Assembly (NCBI GenBank): GCA_964386525.1
Contig: CAYLSO010000258.1
Location: 1 to 47,535, forward strand
Origin: an uncultured bacterium
Lineage (GTDB): Bacteria > Eisenbacteria > RBG-16-71-46 > DASYSL01
Length of the DNA: 47,535 bases
Reading direction: 5' to 3'
Shown here: positions 36,930-46,339 of the stretch, in pieces
Layout: each line of letters begins with the position of its first letter
How positions within the stretch are numbered: position 1 is the first letter of the stretch
Made by a program: the position numbers and the translations under genes
The notes under the pieces: model-generated
The model's input: the letters and a program-made list of their open reading frames with translations, nothing else
Database searches by the model: none
What the model was told of the DNA's origin: nothing

Positions 36930-37907
36930 ATGATCCTGGCCGGAGACGTCGGCGCGACCAAGACCAACCTGGCGCTCTTCGAGGCGCGCGGGGAGACGCT
37001 CGTCGAGCGGCGCGCGCAGCGGCTGGAGAGCCGCCGCTACCCCGACCTGCCGAGCCTGGTGCGCGACTTCCTCGGCCCCCATCCCGAACCGGTCGAGCGC
37101 GCCGGCTTCGGCGTCGCCGGCCCGGTGGTGGACGGGCTCTGCTCGGCCACCAACCTGTCGTGGACGGTGGACGCGCGCGACCTGGCGGAGCTCCTGCCGG
37201 GCAGCGCCGTCGTCCTGGTCAACGACCTCGTGGCCACCGCCGCCGGCGTGCTCGACCTCGCCCCCGCCCAGCTCGCGCAGCTGCTGCCGGGAAGGCCGCG
37301 CAACGGCGGCACGCGGGCCGTCATCGCCCCGGGCACCGGCCTCGGCGAGTCCATCCTGTTCTGGGACCGCGGCGCCTACCACGCCGTCCCCACCGAGGCC
37401 GGGCACGCCGATTTCGCGCCCCGCGGCGAGGAGGAGATCGCGCTTCTGCGCTACCTGCTCGAGCGCGGCCCGCGCGTCACCTGCGAGCACGTCGTCGCCG
37501 GGCCGGGCCTGGCGCGCATCCACGAATTCCTGCGCGACACCGGGCGCGCCGCGGAGCCGCCGTGGCTGGCGCAGGAACTGGCCGCCGCCGCGGACCGCAA
37601 CGCCGCCATCAGCCGTGTGGCCCGCGACGGCCGCGCCGCGATCTGCGCGCGCGCCCTCGAGCTGTGGCTCGGCGCCCTCGGCGCCGAGGCCGGCAACCTC
37701 GCCCTGCGCGCGGTGGCTGCGGGGGGGATCTACGTGGCCGGCGGCATCGCGAGCCCGCTCCTCGAGGCGCTGCGCGGCGCGGCGTTCCGCGAGGCCTTCC
37801 TCGCCAAGGAGCCGCTGCGCGCCTTCCTCGAAACCGTGCCCGTGCGGGTCGTGCTCGAGGAGAGGGCGGCGCTCTTCGGCGCCGCGCGGCTGGCGGCCCG
37901 GGCCTAG
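36930..37907 (+). CDS. glk: glucokinase
   Basis: MILAGDVGATKTNLALFE...VLVNDLVATAAG...APGTGLGES...EAGHADFAP is the Glk family pattern. It is read from the frame of the long track ORF 34254..37907. Confidence 0.85.
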   Translation: MILAGDVGATKTNLALFEARGETLVERRAQRLESRRYPDLPSLVRDFLGPHPEPVERAGFGVAGPVVDGLCSATNLSWTVDARDLAELLPGSAVVLVNDLVATAAGVLDLAPAQLAQLLPGRPRNGGTRAVIAPGTGLGESILFWDRGAYHAVPTEAGHADFAPRGEEEIALLRYLLERGPRVTCEHVVAGPGLARIHEFLRDTGRAAEPPWLAQELAAAADRNAAISRVARDGRAAICARALELWLGALGAEAGNLALRAVAAGGIYVAGGIASPLLEALRGAAFREAFLAKEPLRAFLETVPVRVVLEERAALFGAARLAARA

Positions 37908-37940
37908 CGGCCACCCGGGGCACCCCCGGCCGGCCGGCGG

Positions 37941-38720
37941 CTAGCGCTTCTCGAGCGCCGGGCCCAGCCGCGAGGCGGCGGCCCGGTCCAGTACCCAGTG
38001 CACGCGGGCGCCGGGCGGGCGGACGCCGCGCGCCGGCAGGCGCTCGAGCGGCTCGTCGCCCTCGAGCACCCGCTGCACGACCTCGGCCTTGTCCGCACCC
38101 GTGACGTAGAAGAGCACCACGCGGGCCGCGTTGAGCACCGGCAGGGTCAGCGTCAGGCGCCGTTCGAGCGGCGGCGGGCCCGGGGCGGCCACCACCCAGC
38201 GCGACGGCTCGGCCAGCACGGGGCTGCCGGGGAAGAGCGAAGCCACGTGGCCGTCGGGGCCGAGCCCGAGGTGGATGACGTCGAAGCGGGGCACCCCGCC
38301 GCGCGCGAAGCCGGCGAGGCAGCGTCCGTAGCGCGCCGCCTCCGCCTCGAGGTCGGCCGCGTCGCCGCGCAGGCGGTGCACCTGAGTGAGGGTGAGCGGG
38401 ACGCGGTCGAGGATGGTCTCGCGCACCAGCCGGTAGTTGCTCTCCTCCGACGACGCGGGCACGGCGCGCTCGTCCGCCCAGAACACGTGCAGCGATTTCC
38501 AGCCCGCCCACCGCGCGAAGCCCGAGCCGCCCAGCCGTTCGAAGAACTGGCGCGGGGTCTTGCCGCCCGACAGCGCCACGCTGGCGCGGCCGCGCACCCA
38601 GGCGGCCGATTCCACCTCGCGACGAAAGATGTCGCTGGCGTCGTAGGAGGCCGTCCCCGCGTCGGCGTGCACGCGGATGTGCACCTCGGGACCGGCCGCG
38701 TGCACGGGAGATCCGTTCAC
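37941..38720 (-). CDS. pgl: 6-phosphogluconolactonase
   Basis: VALSGGKTPRQFFERL...VFWADERAVP...FDVIHLGLGPDGHVASLFPGSP is the Pgl/DevB pattern. The GTG start overlaps the pgi stop (GTGA at 38717-38720). The upstream part of the 421-aa track ORF is shadow sequence. Confidence 0.8.
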   Translation of the reverse strand: MNGSPVHAAGPEVHIRVHADAGTASYDASDIFRREVESAAWVRGRASVALSGGKTPRQFFERLGGSGFARWAGWKSLHVFWADERAVPASSEESNYRLVRETILDRVPLTLTQVHRLRGDAADLEAEAARYGRCLAGFARGGVPRFDVIHLGLGPDGHVASLFPGSPVLAEPSRWVVAAPGPPPLERRLTLTLPVLNAARVVLFYVTGADKAEVVQRVLEGDEPLERLPARGVRPPGARVHWVLDRAAASRLGPALEKR

Positions 38721-40447
38721 GGCGCGCCGCGGATCGCCGTCAGGCGCTCGAGCCACTCCTCGACGGCTCCCAGATCCCCGTCCACCGTCAACTGCAGGCG
38801 CAAGACCGGCAAGTTGCGCCCGGCCAGCGACCGCGCGTCGCCGAGCGCCTGGGCGCGGATCAACTGCTCGAAGCCGAAGCCGCCGCCGGGCACCGGCAGC
38901 TCGGCGGGCGTGTCGGCCGTGATCTGCAGGAAGGCGCCGGTGGGCGGGCCACCCTTGTGCAGCTGCCCGGTCGAGTGCAGGTAGCGCGGTCCGAAGCCGA
39001 GGGTGACCGCCAGCCGCTGGCGGTCGCGCAGCCGGGCGCGGATGTGCTCGAGGCGCGCCTCGGTGCGCTCGTCGAGCGGCAGGTAGGCTTGCACCGCGAG
39101 GTAGTGGCCCGCCGGGATCGCGTCGAGCCACTGCCGCAGCAGGCCGATGAGTTCCTCCTCGCCGCCGGCGCCGCCGGGTCGCGGCGGCAGGCCGGGCGGC
39201 CCGCACAGCCGCACGCCGCGCGCCTGGGCGCAGGGGGTCTCGCGCTCCGAGCGGTCGGTGGCCTGGTAGGCGGCCAGCACGCGGCCCGTGTTCTCCTTGC
39301 TCTCGCCCACGTTGGGCTCGTCGAAGGCGTTGACGCCGAGGTCCACGGCCGCCACCGCGGTGGCGAACTCCCAGCGGAAGAACTCGGCGCCGAGATCGTA
39401 GGCGTCGTCGAGGGCGATGCGGATCACCGGGTGCCCCGCCGCCTCGAGGCGCCGCAGCCGCTCACCGTCGGGGCCGCGCGCGCCGTGCATGCCGAGGTGA
39501 ACGAAGAGGCGGTCCTGGCCGTAGACGTCGGGCCCCCCCAGCGGCTCTCCCGCCACCGGCACGAGGCCCTTGCCCTCCTTGCCGAGGCTCTCCGCCAACA
39601 GCTGCTCGGCCCACAGCCCGAAGCTCGCCAGCGGCGGGTCAACCACGAAGGTGACCTTGTCGCGCCCGGCCCGCGCCAGCTCGGCCAGCGCCGCGCCGAG
39701 GACCAGGCCGGGGTTCTCCTCGCCCCGCGCGCGGCACGACTCGCGCATGCGTCCGGCGCGGCCGATCAGCTTGCCGAGATCCACGCCGAGGAGCGCGGCA
39801 GGCAGCAGGCCGAAGGGCGTAAGCGCCGAGTAGCGCCCGCCTACGTCCGGGGGCCCGGAGAAGACGTGGCGCCAGCCGCGCTCGCGCGCCTCGCGGTCGA
39901 GCGGGGTGCCCGGGTCCGTGACGGCCACGAACGCCGGCCCCGCCCCCGCCGGGCGCGCCGCCTCGCAGACCTCCCAGAAGTAGCGGAGCAGGGAGACCGT
40001 CTCGATGGTCGTGCCCGACTTGGTGGAGACGACGAAGAGCGTGCGCGGCAGCGGTGCGGCGCGCTGCGCCGCCAGCACGGTGACCGGATCGGTCGAGTCG
40101 AGGACGGTGAGCGACGGGGAGCCGTTGGCCGGCGGGAAGGTGCGCCGCAGCACCTCGGGGCAAAGGCTCGAGCCGCCCATGCCGAGCAGCATCACGTGGA
40201 CGAAACCGTCGGCGCGGACGCGGGCGGCGAACGTCTCGAACTCGGCCCGCGACGGCTCGGCTGCCAGCGGCGCGTCGAGCCAGCCCAGCCGGTTGGCGAC
40301 CGCGCGCGCCGCTTCCGGGGTGGTCGCCCACAGGCTGGTGTCGCGGCTCCAGGTCTGCTCCACGACGCGGGCGCGGACGAGGTCGGCCAGGCGGGCGCGA
40401 ACCCTGTCCGCGTGGACGCCGAGCGAAAGCACGGTCGGACCGCTCAT
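38717..40447 (-). CDS. pgi: glucose-6-phosphate isomerase (SIS-domain PGI)
   Basis: LLGMGGSSLCPEV...FVVSTKSGTTIETVS...GGRYSALTPFGL is present, with a GGAGGAGGG RBS. Confidence 0.85.
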   Translation of the reverse strand: MSGPTVLSLGVHADRVRARLADLVRARVVEQTWSRDTSLWATTPEAARAVANRLGWLDAPLAAEPSRAEFETFAARVRADGFVHVMLLGMGGSSLCPEVLRRTFPPANGSPSLTVLDSTDPVTVLAAQRAAPLPRTLFVVSTKSGTTIETVSLLRYFWEVCEAARPAGAGPAFVAVTDPGTPLDREARERGWRHVFSGPPDVGGRYSALTPFGLLPAALLGVDLGKLIGRAGRMRESCRARGEENPGLVLGAALAELARAGRDKVTFVVDPPLASFGLWAEQLLAESLGKEGKGLVPVAGEPLGGPDVYGQDRLFVHLGMHGARGPDGERLRRLEAAGHPVIRIALDDAYDLGAEFFRWEFATAVAAVDLGVNAFDEPNVGESKENTGRVLAAYQATDRSERETPCAQARGVRLCGPPGLPPRPGGAGGEEELIGLLRQWLDAIPAGHYLAVQAYLPLDERTEARLEHIRARLRDRQRLAVTLGFGPRYLHSTGQLHKGGPPTGAFLQITADTPAELPVPGGGFGFEQLIRAQALGDARSLAGRNLPVLRLQLTVDGDLGAVEEWLERLTAIRGAP

Positions 40448-40573
40448 GAGCCCTCCTCCGGACGGCGCTGCCCGCCCCAGGCTGTGTCTGCGGATTCGAT
40501 CCGGCGCGGGGGCCGGCGCCCAGGCATTATGGCACCGCCGTGCCCCCAGGGCGAGCGGCGGCTGACGCGGCGC

Positions 40574-42649
40574 TCAGCGGGCAGCCGGCGCGGCCGGGCG
40601 CAGCAGGGCGGCCAGAGCGGCGAGCGAGGTCAGGGTGAGCCAGGAATGGGCGAGCGCCAGGCCGCCCAGCGCCCGCGAGAAGGCCGGCGGCAGGATCGCC
40701 GCGGCGAGCAGCACCACGGCAGCGGCGGCCGGCCGACTGCCGCGTTGTGAGCGCGCGATGAGGACCACCAGCGGCAGGTAGAGCACCGCGAAGTGGACGG
40801 TCCAGGAGCCCGGCGAGGTGAGGAGCAGGGCGAGGGCCGCACCGGCCCACAGGTCGGCCCAGGCGGCGCGGCCTGAGCCCTCTGCGTCCCCCGCCGCCCG
40901 CGCCCTTCGCGCCAGGAGCCAGACCGCGCCGAGGACGAGCAGATCGAGGACCACCTCGACGCTGCGCGCCGCCGATGCGCCGAGCGCCAAGGTGGGCACG
41001 GCCCGCACGCCGGCGGTGTGGACCTCGGCGCCGCCGACGTAGCGGTCCACCAGGCCGCGCAGCGACTGGTTGTCCGCCCGGCCCAGGGAGAGATCGCCCG
41101 GGCGCGGCGCCGCCTCGCGCAGGAATCCCAGTCCGGCGCCCGGCGCGAGGCGCTCGAGTGTGGCCGCCGAGGCCAGCGTGAGTGCGGCCGCGGCCGCCAG
41201 CGCCGGTAGCGCCCAGCGCAGGCGGCCGGCGAGCAGGGCGGCCACCGGGGCCCAGACCGGGGTGGCCTTGACCGCGATCCCGCCCACCGCGGCGGCTCCG
41301 GCCGGCCCGCCGCGGCCGGCGGCCACCGCCGCGGCCACCGCGAGCAGCAAGACGAGCACGAGCGTGTTCGTGTTGCCGTACTGCAGGTCCATCGCGACGA
41401 GGCGGCCGGCCACCCACAGGGCGAGCCACTCGGGGTGCGCCCACCAGGGACGCGAGCGCCCGGCGGTCGTGCCGGCCGCGACGCGCGGCGACAGCCCCCG
41501 CCGGGCCAGCGGCACGCACCACGCCGCCGCCACCACCTTGAGTCCGAACCACGCGAAGGCGGCCACGCCGAGCGGCACCCACGGCAGGAGCCCGCACGCC
41601 AGAACGAAGGGCGGTGGGTTGAGGACGCGCTCGGGAGTCAGGGCGTAGGGACTCACCCCGGCCCACAGCGCCAGGCCGGCGGTGTCGTAGACCTTGAAAT
41701 CGCTGCGCGGGCCGAGGGTCACCACGGCGAAGCGCACGCCGAGCAGCGCCAGCGGCAGCGTCCACGCAGTCCACGCGCGGCGGCGCACCAGGGCGCTCCA
41801 GGCGCCGGCGCAGACCGCCGCCCCTGCCAGCGGCAGCAGGGCGAGTCCGAGCGCCGAGAGACCCAGCGGGGCCTCCCAGCGCCAGCCGCTACGCCCGGGC
41901 ATGAGCGTCCACAGCGGGCCGATCCCTTGCGCATCGGGGATCCACGACATGGCCGCGTCGAGGCACCACAGGGCGCCGCCGGCCAGGGCGTAGGCGGCCA
42001 GCCCCGCCGCCGTCGAGGAGGCGGGACCGCGGGGTGCGGCCGGCCCGCCGCGCCGCTCCCGGGCTCGGGCCCAGGCGGCGGCCGCCGCGCCGGCCGCCGC
42101 GCACGCGGCGAGGGCGAGGCCGAGGCGCGCGAGGAAAGCCCAGAACCGACCTGCGTACGGCCAGGCGCGCGCCGCGGCGTCCCACACGGCCCATTCGCTC
42201 GCCACCTCGACGCGCGCGAGCCGCAGCGCCGAGCCGCTCGCCCCGTCTTTCCAGACCACGCGCCGTGTCTCAGCCTCGCGGGCACGGAAGGTGAACTGGT
42301 AGGTGCGCTCGCCGCTCCGCGCCAGATCGAGCGGCCGCAGCGCGAGGGCCTCGGGGTGCCACGGCCGCCCCTGCGGCACGATGCCGAACCACGCCGCGGC
42401 GGCGGCGGCGGGCCCGCGCGCAACCACGCCGCGCGCCACGGTCAGACGGCAGCGGAGCCGCTCCCCCGGCCGCACCTCGATCGCCGGCCCCCAGCGCAAG
42501 CCGGCGGAATCGGGGGTTGAAAGGAACGGCGAGCCGATGACCCGCGGGGACTCGAGCCGCATGCCGGCCACCGCCAACGCCAGGGCGGCGACGGCGGCGC
42601 CGGTCAGGATCCAGCGGCGACGGGACTTCGATTCACGGGGTTCGGTCAT
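40574..42649 (-). CDS. polytopic GT-C type membrane glycosyltransferase (DUF2029/GT87-like) with ~180-aa N-terminal extracytoplasmic domain
   Basis: There are many predicted TM helices. The SDFKVYDTAGLALWAGVSPY motif resembles the DUF2029 catalytic-loop region. The N-terminal part follows a single TM anchor. Confidence 0.55.
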   Translation of the reverse strand: MTEPRESKSRRRWILTGAAVAALALAVAGMRLESPRVIGSPFLSTPDSAGLRWGPAIEVRPGERLRCRLTVARGVVARGPAAAAAAWFGIVPQGRPWHPEALALRPLDLARSGERTYQFTFRAREAETRRVVWKDGASGSALRLARVEVASEWAVWDAAARAWPYAGRFWAFLARLGLALAACAAAGAAAAAWARARERRGGPAAPRGPASSTAAGLAAYALAGGALWCLDAAMSWIPDAQGIGPLWTLMPGRSGWRWEAPLGLSALGLALLPLAGAAVCAGAWSALVRRRAWTAWTLPLALLGVRFAVVTLGPRSDFKVYDTAGLALWAGVSPYALTPERVLNPPPFVLACGLLPWVPLGVAAFAWFGLKVVAAAWCVPLARRGLSPRVAAGTTAGRSRPWWAHPEWLALWVAGRLVAMDLQYGNTNTLVLVLLLAVAAAVAAGRGGPAGAAAVGGIAVKATPVWAPVAALLAGRLRWALPALAAAAALTLASAATLERLAPGAGLGFLREAAPRPGDLSLGRADNQSLRGLVDRYVGGAEVHTAGVRAVPTLALGASAARSVEVVLDLLVLGAVWLLARRARAAGDAEGSGRAAWADLWAGAALALLLTSPGSWTVHFAVLYLPLVVLIARSQRGSRPAAAAVVLLAAAILPPAFSRALGGLALAHSWLTLTSLAALAALLRPAAPAAR

Positions 42650-42716
42650 GCCGCGGCGACATTACTTCCGGCGGCGCTCGACGGGAAGGCGCAACACCCC
42701 TCATGCGCAGCGCCCC

Positions 42717-43673
42717 TCAGCAGCAGGCGCTCGGGGAGCCGGGCGCGGGCCGCGCCGCAGCGCCCCCCGTCACGCACACGTCCGGCACCACCGGCCGCCG
42801 GCCGGAGAGCACCTGCCACCAGCGCACGCCGGCCTCCACCAGGACCAGGGCCATGCAGGTCATCATGATCGCAGTGAGGGTCGCGTTGAGGCCGCCCTGG
42901 AAGGCCTGGCCCGGATCTCCAGCGGTGAGCCTGGGCAAGTAGTTGTCGCGGATGGACAGGAAACCGGCGGTCTGCGTGATGGCCGTCACGCCGACCAGCG
43001 GCACCGCGGTCACCCACGCGTAGCGCGCGCCCCCCGAGTTGATCAGAATCGTGGTGCCGACGGTGAGCGCCACGCCCGCCAGCAGCTGGTTGGCGATGCC
43101 GAACATCGGCCAGATGGTGCTGATCGAGCCGGTGAGGATGAAGTACGTCCAGCCGCCGCATACCAGCAGGCTGGCGACCGCCGCGCCCGGAAGCCAGTCG
43201 GTGCGCCCGAGCGGCTTGTGCACGCGCCCGGCCTCCTCTTGCAGGATGAAGCGCGCCACGCGCGTGCCGGCGTCGATGGTCGTGAGGATGAAGAGCGCCT
43301 CGAACATGATGGCGAAGTGGTGCCAGTAGCCCATCAGACCGCGCATGCCGGGGATGCCCGAGAAGATCTGCGCCATGCCCACGGCCAGCGACACCGCCCC
43401 GCCGGTGCGCCCGGCCAGCGTCTCCCCCACCTCGGCCTGCAGCTCCGCCAGGTTCACCGGCACGAGCCCCAGGGCGGCGAACTTCTCCGGCGTCACGTTG
43501 ATGGCGAAGTAGTCGGCCGGGTGCAGCGAGGTGGCGTCGATGAGCGCCATGACGCCGACCACGCCCTCGCACAGCATGGCGCCGAAGCCGATCGGCCGCG
43601 CGTCGCTCTCGCGGTCCAGCATCTTGGGCGTGGTGCCCGAGCCGACCAGCGAGTGGAAGCCCGAGATGGCCCC
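42717..43673 (-). CDS. cstA: carbon starvation protein CstA, C-terminal part (in frame with 43674..44582, downstream of an in-frame TGA)
   Basis: It reads [34 protein letters not shown]...[26 protein letters not shown]...[14 protein letters not shown], colinear with E. coli CstA. The track ORF begins at the internal Met at 43622. Confidence 0.85.
   Translation of the reverse strand, partial: GAISGFHSLVGSGTTPKMLDRESDARPIGFGAMLCEGVVGVMALIDATSLHPADYFAINVTPEKFAALGLVPVNLAELQAEVGETLAGRTGGAVSLAVGMAQIFSGIPGMRGLMGYWHHFAIMFEALFILTTIDAGTRVARFILQEEAGRVHKPLGRTDWLPGAAVASLLVCGGWTYFILTGSISTIWPMFGIANQLLAGVALTVGTTILINSGGARYAWVTAVPLVGVTAITQTAGFLSIRDNYLPRLTAGDPGQAFQGGLNATLTAIMMTCMALVLVEAGVRWWQVLSGRRPVVPDVCVTGGAAARPAPGSPSACC
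43620..43668 (-). other. stem-loop immediately downstream of the cstA in-frame UGA (candidate SECIS-like element)
   Basis: The outer stem pairs CAUCUCGGGC with GCCCAAGAUG (one mismatch). The inner stem closes a GGUC tetraloop at 43647-43644, which is 27-30 nt after the UGA. It was folded by eye only, and GC-rich RNA forms hairpins easily. Confidence 0.3.
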
Positions 43674-44582
43674 TCAGGCGATGGTGATGAAGAGGAAGGG
43701 GAAGAGCGGCCCCGGGACGATCGGCCCGCCGCCGGCGGCGTACTCGGTCACCGCCGGCATCTTGAGTACGGGGTTCACCAGGCAGACGCCGAGCGCCAGC
43801 AAGGCGATGGTGCCGAGCTTCATGTAGGTCGAGAGGTAGTCGCGAGGGGCCAGCAGCAGCCACACCAGCAGCACCGAGGCCACGAAACCGTAGGCCGCCA
43901 TGGCCAGGGTGAGCTGCGTCTTGCCGAGGGTGAAGACGGCGCCGAGCGGCGTCTGCGGGATCCAGCGGCCGAGGATCACGCAGGCCATCATCGCGAGCAC
44001 CCCGGCCACCGTGGCCTCGGCGACGCGGCCGGGCCGCAGGCGGTGCATCCACAGCCCCATCGCCACCGCGATGGGGATCGACATGGCGACGGTGAACGTG
44101 CCCCACGAGGACTCGCGCAGGGCGTTGACCACCGCCAGCCCGAGGCCGGCCAGGGCGATGACCACGATGAACAGGATGGCGACGGCGGCGAGGACGTAGG
44201 CGCGCGGCGAGATCTCGCTGCGCGCGAGCTCGGCCAGGGAGCGGCCGTCGCGCCGCGTGCTGGCCACCAGGATGGTGAAGTCGTGCACGGCGCCGGCCAC
44301 CACCACGCCGACGACCAGCCAGGCGAGGCCGCGGAAGCAGCCGAACTGCGCCGCCAGCACCGGCCCGATGAGCGGCCCGGCCCCGGTGATGGCCGCGAAG
44401 TGGTGCCCGAAGAGCACCCAGCGACCGGTCGGGTAGTAGTTCTGGCCGTCGTAGAGGCGGTGCGCCGCGGTGCGGCGCGCGTCGTCGAGCACGAGCACCC
44501 GGGCCGCCAGGAAGGCGCTGTAGTAGCGGTAGGCCAGGGTGAGGACTGCGGCCACCACGAGGACCACGAAGAGGCCGCTCAC
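43674..44582 (-). CDS. cstA: carbon starvation protein CstA, N-terminal part ending at an in-frame TGA (43674-43676) that replaces the conserved Cys
   Basis: The start is GTG with GGAGGA 8 nt upstream. VLFGHHFAAITGAGPLIGPVLAAQFG...LLLAPRDYLSTYMKLGT...LFPFLFITIA-TGA matches E. coli ...FPFLFITIACGAVSGFH. Confidence 0.85.
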   Translation of the reverse strand: MSGLFVVLVVAAVLTLAYRYYSAFLAARVLVLDDARRTAAHRLYDGQNYYPTGRWVLFGHHFAAITGAGPLIGPVLAAQFGCFRGLAWLVVGVVVAGAVHDFTILVASTRRDGRSLAELARSEISPRAYVLAAVAILFIVVIALAGLGLAVVNALRESSWGTFTVAMSIPIAVAMGLWMHRLRPGRVAEATVAGVLAMMACVILGRWIPQTPLGAVFTLGKTQLTLAMAAYGFVASVLLVWLLLAPRDYLSTYMKLGTIALLALGVCLVNPVLKMPAVTEYAAGGGPIVPGPLFPFLFITIA

Positions 44583-44647
44583 GCGCCGGTTCCTCCGCTC
44601 GGCCTCTGCCCTGTTTCAGGAGTTACACGAAGCCCCAGAAGCCGCCG

Positions 44648-44941
44648 TCAGTTGCTGCGCGCCCCGGTGGTCGGCGGCGGCGCCAGCTCCTCGTTGGCGT
44701 AGCCGCGCTGCAGCCAGCGGTTGTCGACCCCGATCACCCCGGCGTGTGAGGTGCCCGTGCCGGGGGTCCAGTACTTCGGGTTGGGGATCAGGTCGAGCCG
44801 CTTCTCCACCTGCTGGAGGAGCGCCGGCAGCACGCGGGCGCGCACCTTGCCGCAGCGCTCGCAGCGCTCGCGCTGGAAGCCGCTGGTGGCGGCCACGGGG
44901 CGGTACTTGTGACGGAGCGTGAGCAGACAGATGAGACGCAT
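44648..44941 (-). CDS. hypothetical 97-aa protein upstream of cstA
   Basis: MRLICLLTLRHKYRPVAATSGFQRERCERCGKV...PNPKYWTPGTGTSHAGVIGVDNRWLQRGYANEE. A GGAGAGGA RBS and GC3-biased codons support coding. I recognise no family. Confidence 0.5.
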   Translation of the reverse strand: MRLICLLTLRHKYRPVAATSGFQRERCERCGKVRARVLPALLQQVEKRLDLIPNPKYWTPGTGTSHAGVIGVDNRWLQRGYANEELAPPPTTGARSN

Positions 44942-45114
44942 CGGGCTTCCTCTCCGGCGCAGACGCGGGGACGCCGCGCCGCCGCTCGCCGGGCGGCGCC
45001 AAGGGTTCGCTGTCGCGCGCAGTATACGGCATGCCGGCCCCAGGAGGGGCAGGATGCGGGGGCTTCGCGGGAGAATTCGAGTGCCGCGGGAAGCGCCGCC
45101 CGGGCGGCCGGGGG

Positions 45115-46332
45115 TCAGCGGAGCAGCAGGATACGGCGGGCCGCGGCCGTGCCGCCGGCCGTCAGGCGGACGACGTAGACGCCCGGGGCCGCCCGCGCCC
45201 CCGAGGCCTCCCGGCCGTCCCACACCGCCGCGTGGGCCCCGGCCGCCCGGCGCCCGCGCGCCAGTTGGGCGACGCGCCGGCCGGAGACGTCGTAGACCGA
45301 CAACGCGACGTCGGCGGCCGCCGGCAGCTCGTAGCGCACGGCGGTGGCGGCCGTGAAGGGATTGGGCACGTTCGCCAGCAGGCGCACCCGCGCCGCGCCG
45401 TCGGGCTGGTCCACGGCGATGCCGGGCGCGGACGCCGGATCGAACACCACGACGTCGTAGGCGAAGGTCCGCGGCGCGCCGCCCACGCGCACGTTGCTGA
45501 GCGCGACGTGGTAGCGCACGTCGCGCGCCGGCTTGCTGCCCGAGTAGTCGAGGACGGTCCAGCAGAGCGTGTTGTCCCCGTAACCGTTGGCGACGGTCTC
45601 GAGGCGCACGGGGGCCGCCGCGCCGTCCCGGGTGAGCGCCACGGCGGCGGCCGAGAAGTCCGCACCGGGGTACGAGAACGACCACAGCGCGCCGGCCGTC
45701 TGGTACGGGACGTAGCCGGCGGGCGGCCAGGCCACCCACTCGGGCGCCGGCGGCCGCGCGCCGGCCCCGCCGATGACCCACAGATCGTACGCCGGGTAGC
45801 TGTTCCCGAAGGTCGCCCCCACCCCCATCGTCTGCTGCGGCGGGTAGAGGATCCAGCGCCGGTGGCCGGCCGAGGGCACGCCGCCGTCGAGGATCCAGCC
45901 CGTCACGGCGGCCGGCAGCGTGGCGTAGCCGCCGGCCAGATTGGACTTGCCCGCCGCCTCGGCGCCGCCCGCCGTGTAGCAGGTCCAGGAAGCCGGCGGC
46001 GAGTGCGAGAGCTGCCGGTTGGCGGTCATCATCAGGGCGGCGTCCTGGCACTTGGCGTTCCAGTCGGCGCGCAGCGCCACGTCCGACGGCAGCCCTGCCA
46101 TAGCGCGGAAGTAGGCGAGGCGCCGCAGTCCGGCGTCCCGGTACGCGGCGGAGACGTCACCCGCCGCGCACGCCGCGTAGTTGCCGCTGAAACCCGAGGG
46201 CACGCCCTCGGAGGCCAGGTAGACGCTGTCGAAGAGCGCCGCCACGGCGCCGCGGTCCTGCGTGTCCACGGTGAGGGCGCGCGCGGGAGCGGCGAGGAGG
46301 AGAAGGACGGCGGCGGCGGTGAGGTATCGCAC
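45115..46332 (-). CDS. secreted CAP/SCP (PR-1/YkwD-like) domain protein with FlgD-Ig/T9SS-like CTD
   Basis: A signal peptide (RYLTAAAVLLLLAAPARA) is followed by an SCP-like core (RRLAYFRAMAGLPSDVAL...AALMMTANRQLSHSPP...GHRRWILYP). The C-terminus is NVPNPFTAATAVRYELP...GVYVVRLTAGG. The start codon is GTG. Confidence 0.65.
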   Translation of the reverse strand: MRYLTAAAVLLLLAAPARALTVDTQDRGAVAALFDSVYLASEGVPSGFSGNYAACAAGDVSAAYRDAGLRRLAYFRAMAGLPSDVALRADWNAKCQDAALMMTANRQLSHSPPASWTCYTAGGAEAAGKSNLAGGYATLPAAVTGWILDGGVPSAGHRRWILYPPQQTMGVGATFGNSYPAYDLWVIGGAGARPPAPEWVAWPPAGYVPYQTAGALWSFSYPGADFSAAAVALTRDGAAAPVRLETVANGYGDNTLCWTVLDYSGSKPARDVRYHVALSNVRVGGAPRTFAYDVVVFDPASAPGIAVDQPDGAARVRLLANVPNPFTAATAVRYELPAAADVALSVYDVSGRRVAQLARGRRAAGAHAAVWDGREASGARAAPGVYVVRLTAGGTAAARRILLLR

Positions 46333-46339
46333 GACGGCC

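Noticed and set aside
33331-37907. Very long ORFs 33331..36357 (minus strand, 1008 aa) and 34254..37907 (plus strand, 1217 aa)
   Set aside because: They are alternative frames or the opposite strand of the GreA-like gene. Both are dominated by Arg/Pro/Gly/Ala runs. Only the last 325 codons of the plus-frame ORF (glk, from ATG 36930) show real family motifs.
43674-43676. Genome-wide reassignment of TGA (genetic code 4 or 25) as the explanation for the cstA stop
   Set aside because: TGA clearly terminates many well-defined genes here, including ccpA, korA, rnfC, rnfD, rnfG and pgi. Several of these are in ATGA/GTGA overlaps with the next start. Any decoding of this TGA would therefore have to be context-specific (Sec), or else the stop is a mutation or an error.
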